The translations under genes were made by a program, and so were the position numbers. Below the pieces are notes generated by a model, which was not told where the DNA came from, ran no database searches, and worked only from the letters and a program-made list of their open reading frames with translations. Shown piece by piece: positions 1 to 9,442 of a stretch of DNA of 64,000 bases (position 1 is the stretch's first letter; every line of letters starts with the position of its first letter). This stretch comes from Candidatus Latescibacterota bacterium (lineage in GTDB: Bacteria > Latescibacterota > UBA2968 > UBA8231). The stretch spans positions 800,001-864,000 of the forward strand of contig OZ220089.1 of the NCBI GenBank assembly GCA_964291625.2, read 5' to 3'.

Positions 1-328
1 CCAGCTCGGCGTAGAGGCCGAGGGCGCCGCGGGTGACGTCGTGCATGATCTGGAAGTCGTAGTCGCCGAGGGCCTCGCGGTTGCGCTCGATGGTGGCGTA
101 CGTGGCCTCCTCCATGTCGTCGATGGACATCTCCAGGTCGATCTCGGCGTAGTCGATGGAGGCGTAGAGGCGGTCCAGATGCTCGCGCAGGCGGTAGGGC
201 TTCTGCCCGAAGGAGCGGGTCATCTCGAAGACCATGTCCCCGTACATCAGGGCCGAGTCGAAGATGGAGATGCGGGCCTCCTCCTCGGCGACGAACTCCC
301 CGTTGAAGTAGACCCGGCGGCTCGACAT
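1..328 (-). CDS. Aminotransferase class IV (branched-chain/D-amino acid aminotransferase family), 5' part; runs off window start
   Basis: Own translation from ATG at 328: MSSRRVYFNGEFVAEEEARISIFDSALMYGDMVFEMTRSFGQKPYRLREHLDRLY, matching the class IV N-terminal motifs (YGDxVFE, HLDRL). Absent from the ORF track because it is truncated. Confidence 0.9.
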   Translation of the reverse strand, partial: MSSRRVYFNGEFVAEEEARISIFDSALMYGDMVFEMTRSFGQKPYRLREHLDRLYASIDYAEIDLEMSIDDMEEATYATIERNREALGDYDFQIMHDVTRGALGLYAEL

Positions 329-388
329 CAGCGTTCTCCCTGTCGCGTGTGGATCTCCCGGCGGCGTGCGCCGCGGCTCGGACCCGCG

Positions 389-1381
389 TCAGCCGCGGAT
401 CCCCCTGAGCAGCGTCTCCTGCACGAGCAGCTCGTGCTCCCGGGGCCGGTCGGGCTCCTGGCCGCCGGCGATCGTCGCCAGGAAGGCTTCCAGCTCCCGG
501 TCGTAGGAGGTCTGGCGGTCGCAGCCCTCCAGCTCGACGATCTGCTCGCCCTTGCGGAAGCCGCCGCGGTCCTCGTCGAGGCAGAGACGCACCGCGTGGC
601 CCGGCTCGAAGGGCTCCAAAATGATGGCGCTGCCCCGGGTGCCGTAGACCTCGAAGCGGCGCGCCATGGGCGCCGTCTCCATGGCGGCGATGTCGACGAT
701 GGCCATGGCCCGGTCGAACTCGTAGACCCCGAGGGTGTTGTCGCTGAAGGCGGGGACCTGCCCCGTGTCGTTGCGCAGGAAGGCGGTGACCCGGGCGGGC
801 CGGCCCAGCATCCACACGACCAGGTCGAGCATGTGGCCGGCGAGATCGTAGTGGACACCGCCGGCGTGGGCCTCGGCGATGCGCTCGCGCGCCTCAGGGG
901 GGACGCTGGTCGACATGTGGGCGCGCACCGAGAAGACGTCGCCGAGGAACCCCGAGCGGGCCCACTCCGTCACCTGGGCGAAGATCGGGTTGTAGCGCAG
1001 CATGTAGCCCATCTGCACGTGCAGGCCCTGCTCGCGGGCGCTGTCGAGGACGCGCTCCCACTGCCCGTAGTCGTCCCCGGCGGGCTTGTCGTACCACACG
1101 TGCTTCCCCGCGGCGACGATCTGCTCGGTCTGGTCGAGGCTCTGGGAGTTGCGTCCCTCCGAGGCGACGGCGGCGATGCTGTCGTCGGCCAGCATCTCCT
1201 CGGCGGTTTCGTACCAGTGCAGACCTTCGTACACGGGATTGTCCGCGGCGCGGCGGCGCTCTTCGTCGTCGGGCTCGCAGATCCCGGCGACCTCGACGAC
1301 GGGGCTGCTCCTCATGGAGCGCATCTTGCCCGCCGCGTGGCCGTGGCCGGTGCCTGTCTGGGCCATGCGCACTCTGTTCAT
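389..1381 (-). CDS. Gfo/Idh/MocA family oxidoreductase
   Basis: Rossmann-type GTGHGH, GKHVWYDKP (EKP-like), GYMLRYNP, DLAGHMLD motifs. Confidence 0.9.
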   Translation of the reverse strand: MNRVRMAQTGTGHGHAAGKMRSMRSSPVVEVAGICEPDDEERRRAADNPVYEGLHWYETAEEMLADDSIAAVASEGRNSQSLDQTEQIVAAGKHVWYDKPAGDDYGQWERVLDSAREQGLHVQMGYMLRYNPIFAQVTEWARSGFLGDVFSVRAHMSTSVPPEARERIAEAHAGGVHYDLAGHMLDLVVWMLGRPARVTAFLRNDTGQVPAFSDNTLGVYEFDRAMAIVDIAAMETAPMARRFEVYGTRGSAIILEPFEPGHAVRLCLDEDRGGFRKGEQIVELEGCDRQTSYDRELEAFLATIAGGQEPDRPREHELLVQETLLRGIRG

Positions 1382-1459
1382 CGGCCAGCTCTCCTTGCGA
1401 TCCTGAAGCGGGCAAGAGTATCCCGGGGAGGGGGGTGGGGCAAGAATGGGCGACCGCCC

Positions 1460-2653
1460 TCAGGCCGATGCCGTCGCCGGCACCTCCCCGAGAGCAATGT
1501 CCCTGATCGGCAGGTGGACGACCGCGGCGGCGATCCCAAGGACAATCGCCCCGACCCAGACGGCATCGTAAGACCCCGTGGCGTCGTAGATGCGGCCCCC
1601 GAGCCAGACCCCCAGGAAGCCGCCGACCTGGTGGCTGAAGAAGACGATCCCGTAGAGAGAGGAGAGCCGAGCCGGTCCGAAGATCTGCGCCACCATGCCG
1701 CTGGTGAGGGGCACGGTGGCCAGCCACAGGAAGCCGATGGCGCAGGCGAAGACCAAGGCGGTGGCGGTGGTGACCGGCACCACCAGGAAGCCGCTGATGA
1801 TGAGGGCCCGGGCGAGGTAGAGGAAGCTGAGGAGGTACTTCTTCCGGTAGCGGTCGCCGAGGCGGCCGAAAAGCCACGATCCCCCCATGTTGAACAGCCC
1901 CACGAGAGCGAGGGCCGTGGCCGCGATCATCTCGGGGAGTCCGTGGTCGGCGAGGTAGGGCGGCAGGTGGGTGGCGATGAAGGCGACGTGGAAGCCGCAG
2001 ACGAAGAAGCCGGCGTTGAGCAGCAGGTAGCCCGAGTGCCGGCCCGCCCGCGACAGGTGGCGGGAGAAGCTGTCCTCGATGTCGGAGGCGTGGGGGGCCT
2101 GCGAGGCCCGCGGGAACCCGAGGGCGAAGGGGGCGATGGCCGCGACCACGGCGGCGCCGTAGAGCAGGGTCGCCTGCCAGGAGACGGTCTGGATGAGCCA
2201 CTGGATCAGCGGCACGACGGCGAAGGTGCCGAAGGAGCCGGCGGCGGTCACGAGGCCGAAGGACGAGGCCCTCTTCTCGGCGGGCACGACGCGGGCCACG
2301 GCGCCGAGGAGGACGACGTAGGAGGTGGCGCTGAGAGCGAGACCGACCAGGGCCCCGAGGGAGAGGTAGGTGAGCCAGGGGGTGCTGGCCACGGCGAGGA
2401 GGGCGAAGCCGGCCGCGTAGAGGAGGGCTCCCACGGCCACCACCCGGCGGGGGCCGATGCGGTCGGCGAGGATCCCGGCGACCGGCAGCCCGAAGAGGAT
2501 GTTCTGCAGGGCCATGGCGAGGCTGAAGGTCTCCCGGCCCGTGGACAGCGCTTCGGTCACCGGCTGCAGGAAGAGGCCGAAGGACTGCCTTGCACCCATG
2601 GAGACGGCGACGATGACCGCGCTCACCAGGATGACGAGGGTGGATCTGCTCAA
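1460..2653 (-). CDS. MFS transporter
   Basis: 397 aa, ~12 hydrophobic segments, motif A GILADRIGPR and GRLGDRYRKK. Confidence 0.92.
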   Translation of the reverse strand: MSRSTLVILVSAVIVAVSMGARQSFGLFLQPVTEALSTGRETFSLAMALQNILFGLPVAGILADRIGPRRVVAVGALLYAAGFALLAVASTPWLTYLSLGALVGLALSATSYVVLLGAVARVVPAEKRASSFGLVTAAGSFGTFAVVPLIQWLIQTVSWQATLLYGAAVVAAIAPFALGFPRASQAPHASDIEDSFSRHLSRAGRHSGYLLLNAGFFVCGFHVAFIATHLPPYLADHGLPEMIAATALALVGLFNMGGSWLFGRLGDRYRKKYLLSFLYLARALIISGFLVVPVTTATALVFACAIGFLWLATVPLTSGMVAQIFGPARLSSLYGIVFFSHQVGGFLGVWLGGRIYDATGSYDAVWVGAIVLGIAAAVVHLPIRDIALGEVPATASA

Positions 2654-2742
2654 GACGGGGCGTGGGGGCCGGCCGGAGCTCAGGCTCGGCGGCTCCGATG
2701 GGCAACGGGGGATCGGTGGCTGGCCGCGGTCAGGGGTTGGCT

Positions 2743-3321
2743 CTATCCGCCGCCAAGCCGGACGCCGAGGCCGAGGACGAGGGAGAAGACGTCAGCTTCG
2801 GCATCGAGCCATCGGCGATACTGCCCTTCCATTCGCAGAAGAAGAGCAGGCCGGATGCGCCATTGGTAACCCAAACCGAACCCGGCGCTGTAATCGGTCT
2901 CGGAATAGTCTTTGGTGACCCTGTCAGCCCAATCAACCCAACTCAGGGAGCCTTGCCCCAGCAGGTAGATGCCGGGCCTTGAGCTGCCTCCCGGAAAGAA
3001 GGCGGCCCGGCCTCCCAGCCAGAGTGCATTGAGCGTTGAGTCGAAACTCTCCCCAACATACTCAAAATCCGAGGAAGTCCTCCGAAAGGCGAACTCCGGA
3101 CCAATGGCCAGTTGCTCACCTGGAAGCCAGGATACGTAAAGTGAGGGCAGAGACGGGGCCGGCCCAGGAATCTCCCCCCCGGGAAACTGAATCAAAGTCC
3201 CGTCTCCCGTATCGTCCGTGCCACGGCTGGCCACCCCGAACAGCATCCCCACTTCCTGGGCCGTAGCCTGCGAGACCAGCATGAGAGCCACAAAGCAGGT
3301 CAGCAACGTACGAAGCTGCAT
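2743..3321 (-). CDS. Outer-membrane beta-barrel domain protein
   Basis: Signal peptide (ATA-Q), alternating amphipathic strands (GFGLGYQW, LRMEGQYR, LGLGVRL), GAGGAG RBS. Confidence 0.7.
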   Translation of the reverse strand: MQLRTLLTCFVALMLVSQATAQEVGMLFGVASRGTDDTGDGTLIQFPGGEIPGPAPSLPSLYVSWLPGEQLAIGPEFAFRRTSSDFEYVGESFDSTLNALWLGGRAAFFPGGSSRPGIYLLGQGSLSWVDWADRVTKDYSETDYSAGFGLGYQWRIRPALLLRMEGQYRRWLDAEADVFSLVLGLGVRLGGG

Positions 3322-3412
3322 GGTGCACCTCCTCGGCGCGCCCTGGGGGGCCGGCTGTCGGCTGACTTGCGGACGCGCGCGCCGGGGGCGGCGGATCCCG
3401 AGCGCAGGTGCC

Positions 3413-4273
3413 TCAGGCCGCTTCCAGCCGGTTCTCCGGCATGTTCTCCAGCCGCGTCAGCCAGTAGTGGGCGTCGAAGTTGTCGTCGCCGGTGAGGAAC
3501 CTCCACAGCTTGATGCGGTTGACGATCTCCAGGCGCCCGTCGGCGGCCTCGAACCAGGGCTCCTGCTGGTTGAGGATCGTGGCGACCCCCTGCTGGTGGC
3601 TCGACCCGCCGTAGATGATCTCCGGCCCTCCGCCCTCCTCCAGGTCGTCGGTGTTCCACAGCCGCAGCTGCCGCACCGCCGGGTTGAGGCGGATCTTGAA
3701 CATGTAGCGGACGCGGTCGGTCTGGTTCCGCCGGCCGCAGTGCCAGATGCCGTGGTGGACGACGGCCAGGGTGCCGGCCTTGCAGACCATGGGCAGCTGG
3801 CCGAGGAAGTTCTGGTAGCGGCCAACGTCGAGCTCGTTGACGCGGCGGAAGTGGCTTCCCGGCAGGAGCATGGTGCCGCCCATCTCCAGCGGGACGTCGT
3901 GGGGGAAGTACATGAGCTGGATGTCGAAGTGCATGCGCGTGTCGATGATCGAGTCGCCGTGCAGCCCCTGGGCGTGGCCCTCGTTGGGCTGGCGCACGTG
4001 GACGGCCTGGTGGTCGAAGAGCGGGTCCGGGCCGACAAGGCTCTGGACGATCCCGTGGATCTCCGGCATCCGGAGCATGCGCCCGATGGCGGACTCGGGA
4101 TAGCACTTCGACAGGGGCGTGCCCGCCGGCTGGCTGGCGATGCCGTCGCCGTCGATCTCGGCGATCACCGCCTGGTTGATCTCCTCGGGCACGATCTCGT
4201 CGAACCGCAGCACGCCGCGGGCGACGAACTCGGACATCTGTCTCGAGTCGAGCAGGTATTGCTTGTCCACCAT
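3413..4273 (-). CDS. Phytanoyl-CoA dioxygenase (PhyH) family Fe(II)/2OG dioxygenase
   Basis: F..RGVL N-terminus, HxD (LHGDS), GGTMLLPGSH, distal H (IWHCG). Confidence 0.88.
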   Translation of the reverse strand: MVDKQYLLDSRQMSEFVARGVLRFDEIVPEEINQAVIAEIDGDGIASQPAGTPLSKCYPESAIGRMLRMPEIHGIVQSLVGPDPLFDHQAVHVRQPNEGHAQGLHGDSIIDTRMHFDIQLMYFPHDVPLEMGGTMLLPGSHFRRVNELDVGRYQNFLGQLPMVCKAGTLAVVHHGIWHCGRRNQTDRVRYMFKIRLNPAVRQLRLWNTDDLEEGGGPEIIYGGSSHQQGVATILNQQEPWFEAADGRLEIVNRIKLWRFLTGDDNFDAHYWLTRLENMPENRLEAA

Positions 4274-4551
4274 CAGTCGATCTCCTCCAGCTTCTCGAAG
4301 ATGAACTCGTTCTTCTGAAACGAGGTTGTGTACTCGGTGCCCGGATAGGGCGGGTTCAGCTGCGGGAACTGGATCACCCGCCAGCCGTCGAGCAGGGCGT
4401 CGAGGCCGGTGGCGTACGGGGGCTCGGTGCTGTCGCCGGTCGTGTGGTGCTCCCGGCCGGTGCCGTCGTAGAAGGTCCAGCCCTTGACCGGGCTGTCGAG
4501 GGCGGAGTAGGACAGGTAGAGGATCATCACTTTCTGTCGGCGCTGCGGCAT
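4273..4551 (-). CDS. Small hypothetical protein (92 aa) coupled to PhyH
   Basis: Protein-like composition, GGAAGG RBS, TGATG overlap with the PhyH start. Confidence 0.75.
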   Translation of the reverse strand: MPQRRQKVMILYLSYSALDSPVKGWTFYDGTGREHHTTGDSTEPPYATGLDALLDGWRVIQFPQLNPPYPGTEYTTSFQKNEFIFEKLEEID

Positions 4552-4581
4552 CGTCGACCTTCCCCCGGCTGGTTCTTACGT

Positions 4582-4619
4582 AAAAAGGCCGCCGGGTCCC
4601 CCTCGGCCCGGCGGCCTTT
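4582..4619 (-). terminator. Rho-independent terminator downstream of the 106-aa membrane protein
   Basis: Inverted repeat AAAGGCCGCCGGG (4584-4596) / CCCGGCGGCCTTT (4607-4619), ending in a U5 run on the minus strand. Confidence 0.75.
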
Positions 4620-4680
4620 CGGTTGTCGTGAAAGGGCCGCTGCCACTACCCGCGACGGCCCCGCTCATCGGACCTGATCC

Positions 4681-5001
4681 CTACTTGACCCGGTTGATCG
4701 CCCTCTTGCAGAGGATGGTGACGGCGCCGCTGAACAGGGCGACGCTCACGCCGCCGAGAATGCCGTTCAGGGGATCGCCGACGGCGGGGATGTTGCTCAG
4801 CACGCCCGTGCCCGCCGCCCCTCCGACGGCGAGGGTGACAACCAGGTAGGCGGTGGCGTCCTCCGCATCGACCGCCATGGCCCCGTACACAAGGCCCAGG
4901 ATGACAAGGACAAGCGGCAGGTAGCCTCCGATCGCCCCGGCTGCCAGGCCCTCCACGATGGCCGCCAGTGTGATCAGGCCAATCAGGATTCGAGTTGCCA
5001 T
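4681..5001 (-). CDS. Small hydrophobic membrane protein (106 aa), unknown function
   Basis: Strong GGGAGG RBS, about four hydrophobic helices, own terminator. Confidence 0.8.
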   Translation of the reverse strand: MATRILIGLITLAAIVEGLAAGAIGGYLPLVLVILGLVYGAMAVDAEDATAYLVVTLAVGGAAGTGVLSNIPAVGDPLNGILGGVSVALFSGAVTILCKRAINRVK

Positions 5002-5262
5002 TTCTTCCTCCCTGAGAAATCGGCGTCACGCCCAGGGGCCACACCTCCCGTGACGATCACCGACGGCGGAGCCGCCGGACATGTACGCCCGTGGCAAAGA
5101 ATCGTCTCGAAGAATCGGCTTTTGGTTCCCTGGCACCGTCGTGTTTCTCGGACCTCGGCGCCGGACGAGGCCGGCGCCGGGAGGGAGAGACCGTCTGTCG
5201 GGGCAGCCAGTATGATGGCATTTCAGAGGCCGGACAGCAAGCTTTTTCGGTCCCCTTGCTGC

Positions 5263-6918
5263 TCAGCCGGGCACCTCCTCCAACGGGAAGCGGTAGCCTC
5301 TCACGTAGCAGTTGTGGCCGCGGTCCGGCTGCAGCCAGGCCAGGGACGGGAACCCCACGGCCATGCCGTTGCCGAAGTAGTCGACGACGAAGCACTCGCC
5401 GTCGGCGAAGGCCACGGGCACCGGCTTGCCCCAGTCGCCGGCGTCGACGCAGTGCTCCAGCTCCAGCAGACGGTCCTCCTGCCAGGCGTCGGGCAGGCCG
5501 TCCCGGTCGTGCCGCCAGCGGTAGCGGTGGTCGGGCAGCCAGCGGTTGCCGGTGATGTCGAGGCTCACCGAGCGCCACAGGCTGCGGCCGGCGTTGGAGG
5601 GCCGGACGTACCGGGGCAGCCGCACCCGCATCGGGTAGAGCTCGGGGCGCGGCAGCTCGCGGTGGTCGAACTTGCAGCCGAAGGCGTTGCATGGGGCGTG
5701 GCTCACCGGCGCCAGGTCGATGGCGGGAAAGACGAGGACCTGCCGGCCGTCCACGTGGACGCGGAGCACCCCCCGCTCCAGCTCCAGGCGGTAGCGGTGC
5801 CACTGGTCGCCGGCCACGGCCACGCGGCTGTGGCCGGGGATGTGCTCCAGGTCGATGTGATCGGGGTAGATGCGCAGCCAGCCGGCGCCCCTGAGGCCGA
5901 GGCTGCAGGCCTGTCCGGCGTTGGCCGGGCAGCGGACCTCGGCCTCGAGGACCACGTGGGCCGCCGCATCGTCGGCCGGCATCAGGTAGAACTGGGCGAA
6001 GGCGCCGGGGGCGTCGTCGGTCTGCAGCAGCAGGCCTTCGTCCGTGAGCTGCACCGGCGAAGCCCCGGCCGCCGGATAGCGGCACGACGACAACCGGTAC
6101 CCCGGCAGATCCCCGAGATCGCCGCGCCACACGAGGCTGTTGGCCCGGCCGCCGACGTTGCGGTAGGCCAGCAGGTGGGTCCCGTCGCCGAGGTCGAAGG
6201 CCGCCGGCCAGTGGCCGACGAAGGGGGTCGCATACGGCCGGCTCCAGGTGCGCCCGCCGTCGTCGGAGGCGGCGGCGAAGATGGGGAAGTTGGCGTAGTG
6301 GTTCTCGCGCATGAGGATGACAAGGCGGCCCCCCGCGGTCTCGGCCAGGCAGGCCTCTCCCAGCTGCAGGGGACAGTCCTCCGGCACCACGGGATCTCCG
6401 AAGGGCTCCCACGTCCGCCCGCGGTCGAGGGAGCGCAGCAGCCGGTTGAGGCCGGTGTAGACCAGCAGCTCGCCGCTGCGCCGCTCCAGGACGGCGCCGT
6501 CCTGGCGGAACCCCTGGCCGCGGGCCATGGGCCGCTCCGGCGACCAGCTCCCGCCTTCGTCGTCGCTGACGCGCAGGATGGGGGTGGTGGGACGGCGCTC
6601 CGGCCAGCCCTCGGAGAAGTAGTGCATGAGCACGCGGCCGCCGCGCAGGGCGGTCAGGTAGAGGCCGCCGGTGGCGACGAAGGGCCGGCCGCGGTCGAAG
6701 TCGCCCTCGGCCAGGGTTTCCGGCGCCGCCCAGGTGCGGCCGCGGTCGCCGCTGGTCATGGCCACGACCCGCTGCCAGCGCGAGGCGCCGTGGCCGTAGG
6801 CCTGCTTGACGCCCAGAACGAGGCGGCCGCCCGGCGTCAGGCAGAGGCCGGCGAAGCCCTGCCACAGGCCCGGGTCGCGGGCCACGAAGGCGGTCTGGTC
6901 GGAGGGGACGGTTCTCAA
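5263..6918 (-). CDS. BNR/Asp-box repeat sialidase-like protein with inserted lectin-like domain
   Basis: Four Asp boxes (SGDRGRTW, SDDEGGSW, SLDRGRTW, SDDGGRTW); start placed at TTG 6918 after GGGAG (ORF track extends to 7086). Confidence 0.8.
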   Translation of the reverse strand: MRTVPSDQTAFVARDPGLWQGFAGLCLTPGGRLVLGVKQAYGHGASRWQRVVAMTSGDRGRTWAAPETLAEGDFDRGRPFVATGGLYLTALRGGRVLMHYFSEGWPERRPTTPILRVSDDEGGSWSPERPMARGQGFRQDGAVLERRSGELLVYTGLNRLLRSLDRGRTWEPFGDPVVPEDCPLQLGEACLAETAGGRLVILMRENHYANFPIFAAASDDGGRTWSRPYATPFVGHWPAAFDLGDGTHLLAYRNVGGRANSLVWRGDLGDLPGYRLSSCRYPAAGASPVQLTDEGLLLQTDDAPGAFAQFYLMPADDAAAHVVLEAEVRCPANAGQACSLGLRGAGWLRIYPDHIDLEHIPGHSRVAVAGDQWHRYRLELERGVLRVHVDGRQVLVFPAIDLAPVSHAPCNAFGCKFDHRELPRPELYPMRVRLPRYVRPSNAGRSLWRSVSLDITGNRWLPDHRYRWRHDRDGLPDAWQEDRLLELEHCVDAGDWGKPVPVAFADGECFVVDYFGNGMAVGFPSLAWLQPDRGHNCYVRGYRFPLEEVPG

Positions 6919-7184
6919 GGGGTGCTCCCGGTTCGGAAGGAAGGTAGGCCGGGTGTCCCAGGGGGCTGTGGCGAAGCCAGACCCGGATTCCACGAGGAAG
7001 CCACTCTCCCGGGGGCGTGCCTCACCGCTCGAAACGCTCCTTCTCCGGCCGCAGCCCGGGCCAGGGAGGGGAACCCCCACGCGCATCCCGTTGCCGAAGT
7101 AGTGGGAGGAGTTCGCGGGCCCGGTGGACGCGGTCCGGCCCAGATGCGAAGCTTGATTCGGGCCCAGGGCCGAGGAGACCGCCG

Positions 7185-8756
7185 ATGACCGAATCCAGCC
7201 GTTACACCGCCGACCAGCCGGCCGGCCACGAGGTCCTGCACGCGGCGCGGGAACTGCGCTACCGCATGCTCGCCGACCCGCACAGGCCCGGGTACCACTT
7301 CGCCATCCCCGAGGACAACGGCCACCCCGGCGACCCGAACGGCGCCTTCTTCGCCAACGGCCGCTACCACCTGATGTACCTCTACAACCACGCCGATCTC
7401 GGCTTCGTCTGGGGGCACGTCTCCAGCGCCGACCTGCTGCACTGGCGCCACCACCCGTACGCCATCGGTCCAGGCGAGGGCGACGTGGGCTGCTTCAGCG
7501 GCGGCGCCTTCCTCGATGGCGACGGCCGCGCCGTCCTCTCCTACTGGGGGCTCTGGGAGGAGCGCGGCATCTGCCTCGCCTTCTCCGGCGACGAACACTA
7601 CGACACCTGGACCAAGAGCGCCGCCAACCCGGTGATCGCCTCCACCGGCCGCGGCTTCACCGAGACCGTGGACGGCCGCGGCCAGCCGCTGGTCTACGGC
7701 TCCTCCGACCCTTCGCAGATCTGGAGGAAGGACGGCCGGTACTACCTGCTCACCGGCAACCTGCAGGTTCTCGACAAGCTCGGCCGCGCCGAGGACTCCC
7801 CCCCGGAGCAGCAGGGGGACCGCCTCTACCTGTTCGTCTCCGACGACCTGGAGCGCTGGGACTACCTGCACCCCTTCTACGAGTCCCGCCGGGAGTGGAC
7901 GGACCGCAGCGAGGACAACATGTGCCCCAGCTTCCTGCCCCTGCCGTCGAGCGAGAGCGGCGGCGAGCCGAGCGGCCGGCACCTGCTGCTGTTCATCTCC
8001 CACAACAAGGGGTGCCAGTACTACGTCGGCACCTACGACACCGCCGGCGACCGCTTCATCCCGGAGCGCCACGGCCGCATGACCTGGTGCGACAACGCCT
8101 ACTTCGCCCCGGAAGCCCTCGTCGACGGGCAGGGCCGCCAGATCATGTGGGCCTGGATCTTCGACGACCGCCCCGAGGAGGTGTGGCGGCCCAGCGGCTG
8201 GAACGGCATGTACGGGCTGCCGCGCGCCCTGTGGCTCGGCGACGACGGCGGCCTGCGCATGGCCCCGGTGGAGGAGCTGTCCCTGCTGCGCCAGGGGCAC
8301 CGTTCGAAGGGCCCCTTCGCAGTAAGCGGCGGCCAGGAAGTCGAGCTCGAGCTGTTCGGCCGCGAGCTGATGGAGCTGGAGATCACCATCGATCCGGGGT
8401 CCGCCCGGCGCTGCGGCGTGCGCGTCTGCTGCTCGGAGGACGGCCGCGAGGAGACGGCCCTGCTCTACGACGCCGGGGCCGGCGAGTTGCAGTGCGACAC
8501 CACCCGCAGCAGCCTCGGCTTCGGCCGCAAGGTGGTCGAGGCCGGCCCCCTGGAGCTGCCGCCGGGGGAGCCCCTGCGCCTGCGGGTCTTCGTGGACCGC
8601 TCCATCGTCGAGGTCTACGCCAACGAGCGCCAGGCCCTGGCCCGGGCCGTGTACCCCACTCTCGGGGGCCGCGGGGTGCGGGTCTTCGCCGAGGGCGGCG
8701 AGGCCCGCGTGGCCAGCGCCCACGCCTGGGAGCTGATGCCCTCCAACCCATTGTAG
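7185..8756 (+). CDS. Glycoside hydrolase family 32 protein
   Basis: RPGYHF, GDPNG, YHLMY, WGHVSSADLLHW, FSG, C-terminal FVDRSIVEVY; start ATG 7185 after GAGGAG. Confidence 0.92.
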   Translation: MTESSRYTADQPAGHEVLHAARELRYRMLADPHRPGYHFAIPEDNGHPGDPNGAFFANGRYHLMYLYNHADLGFVWGHVSSADLLHWRHHPYAIGPGEGDVGCFSGGAFLDGDGRAVLSYWGLWEERGICLAFSGDEHYDTWTKSAANPVIASTGRGFTETVDGRGQPLVYGSSDPSQIWRKDGRYYLLTGNLQVLDKLGRAEDSPPEQQGDRLYLFVSDDLERWDYLHPFYESRREWTDRSEDNMCPSFLPLPSSESGGEPSGRHLLLFISHNKGCQYYVGTYDTAGDRFIPERHGRMTWCDNAYFAPEALVDGQGRQIMWAWIFDDRPEEVWRPSGWNGMYGLPRALWLGDDGGLRMAPVEELSLLRQGHRSKGPFAVSGGQEVELELFGRELMELEITIDPGSARRCGVRVCCSEDGREETALLYDAGAGELQCDTTRSSLGFGRKVVEAGPLELPPGEPLRLRVFVDRSIVEVYANERQALARAVYPTLGGRGVRVFAEGGEARVASAHAWELMPSNPL

Positions 8757-8796
8757 CAGCACTCATCCCTCAACCCTTTGCGAGGAGAACCACGCA

Positions 8797-9276
8797 ATGA
8801 GCTTTCGCAAAGCGGCCGCATGCGCGGCCGCCGTCTGCCTGTCCACCGTCGCCGTGCTCGAGTCGCAGCCGCCGGGTGGCGGGTTCCCGGGCGGCGGCAT
8901 GGTCCACACCATCACGAAGGCGGCCGGCGCCTCCCCCGACCAGGTCTTCGCCATGTTGGCCTTTGATGAGAAGTTCAACGTGACCGACGAGCAGTTGCCG
9001 GGGCTGCGCGAGGCCCTGCGGCCGCTGTACTTCGAGCAGCGCCAGTCGCTGGCGCAACTCATGCTCGGCGGCGGCGCCGGCAACCCCCAGGCCATGATCC
9101 AGGCCCTGGGCCAGCAGCAGAGCAAGATGCGCGACAAGGTCCTGGCCGCGGTCTCCGAGACCCTGAGCGCCGACCAGATGGCGACCCTGAAGGCGGCGTT
9201 GAAGCAGCCGCCGCTCCCGCCCGGGATGGGCCAGGGGAGTGCCGGACCGCGCGGGGAGCCCCCCCCGGGCTACTAG
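8797..9276 (+). CDS. Secreted helical protein (Spy/CpxP-like)
   Basis: GAGGAG RBS, signal peptide, VTDEQ and LSADQ motifs, Gly/Pro-rich ends. Confidence 0.6.
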   Translation: MSFRKAAACAAAVCLSTVAVLESQPPGGGFPGGGMVHTITKAAGASPDQVFAMLAFDEKFNVTDEQLPGLREALRPLYFEQRQSLAQLMLGGGAGNPQAMIQALGQQQSKMRDKVLAAVSETLSADQMATLKAALKQPPLPPGMGQGSAGPRGEPPPGY

Positions 9277-9442
9277 CCGCCGCGCCGTCGAAGACCCGGC
9301 GCCCAAGCTGCTCCAGGATGGGCCCGCGCAGGGGAACGGCGTCTGACCGATGGCCAGCGCCGGAGGGCCGCGGTCGGCGCCGGTCTCCTGCGGGCCCGTC
9401 CTGGGCCGGCGCCAACCGCGTACTCACCAGGGTCTTGCGGAC

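Noticed and set aside
41-2869. 942-aa plus-strand ORF and many similar long ORFs (e.g. 5050-7188, 11417-13474, 42608-45211)
   Set aside because: Antisense or alternate-frame shadows of recognisable genes, expected in high-GC DNA; low-complexity translations
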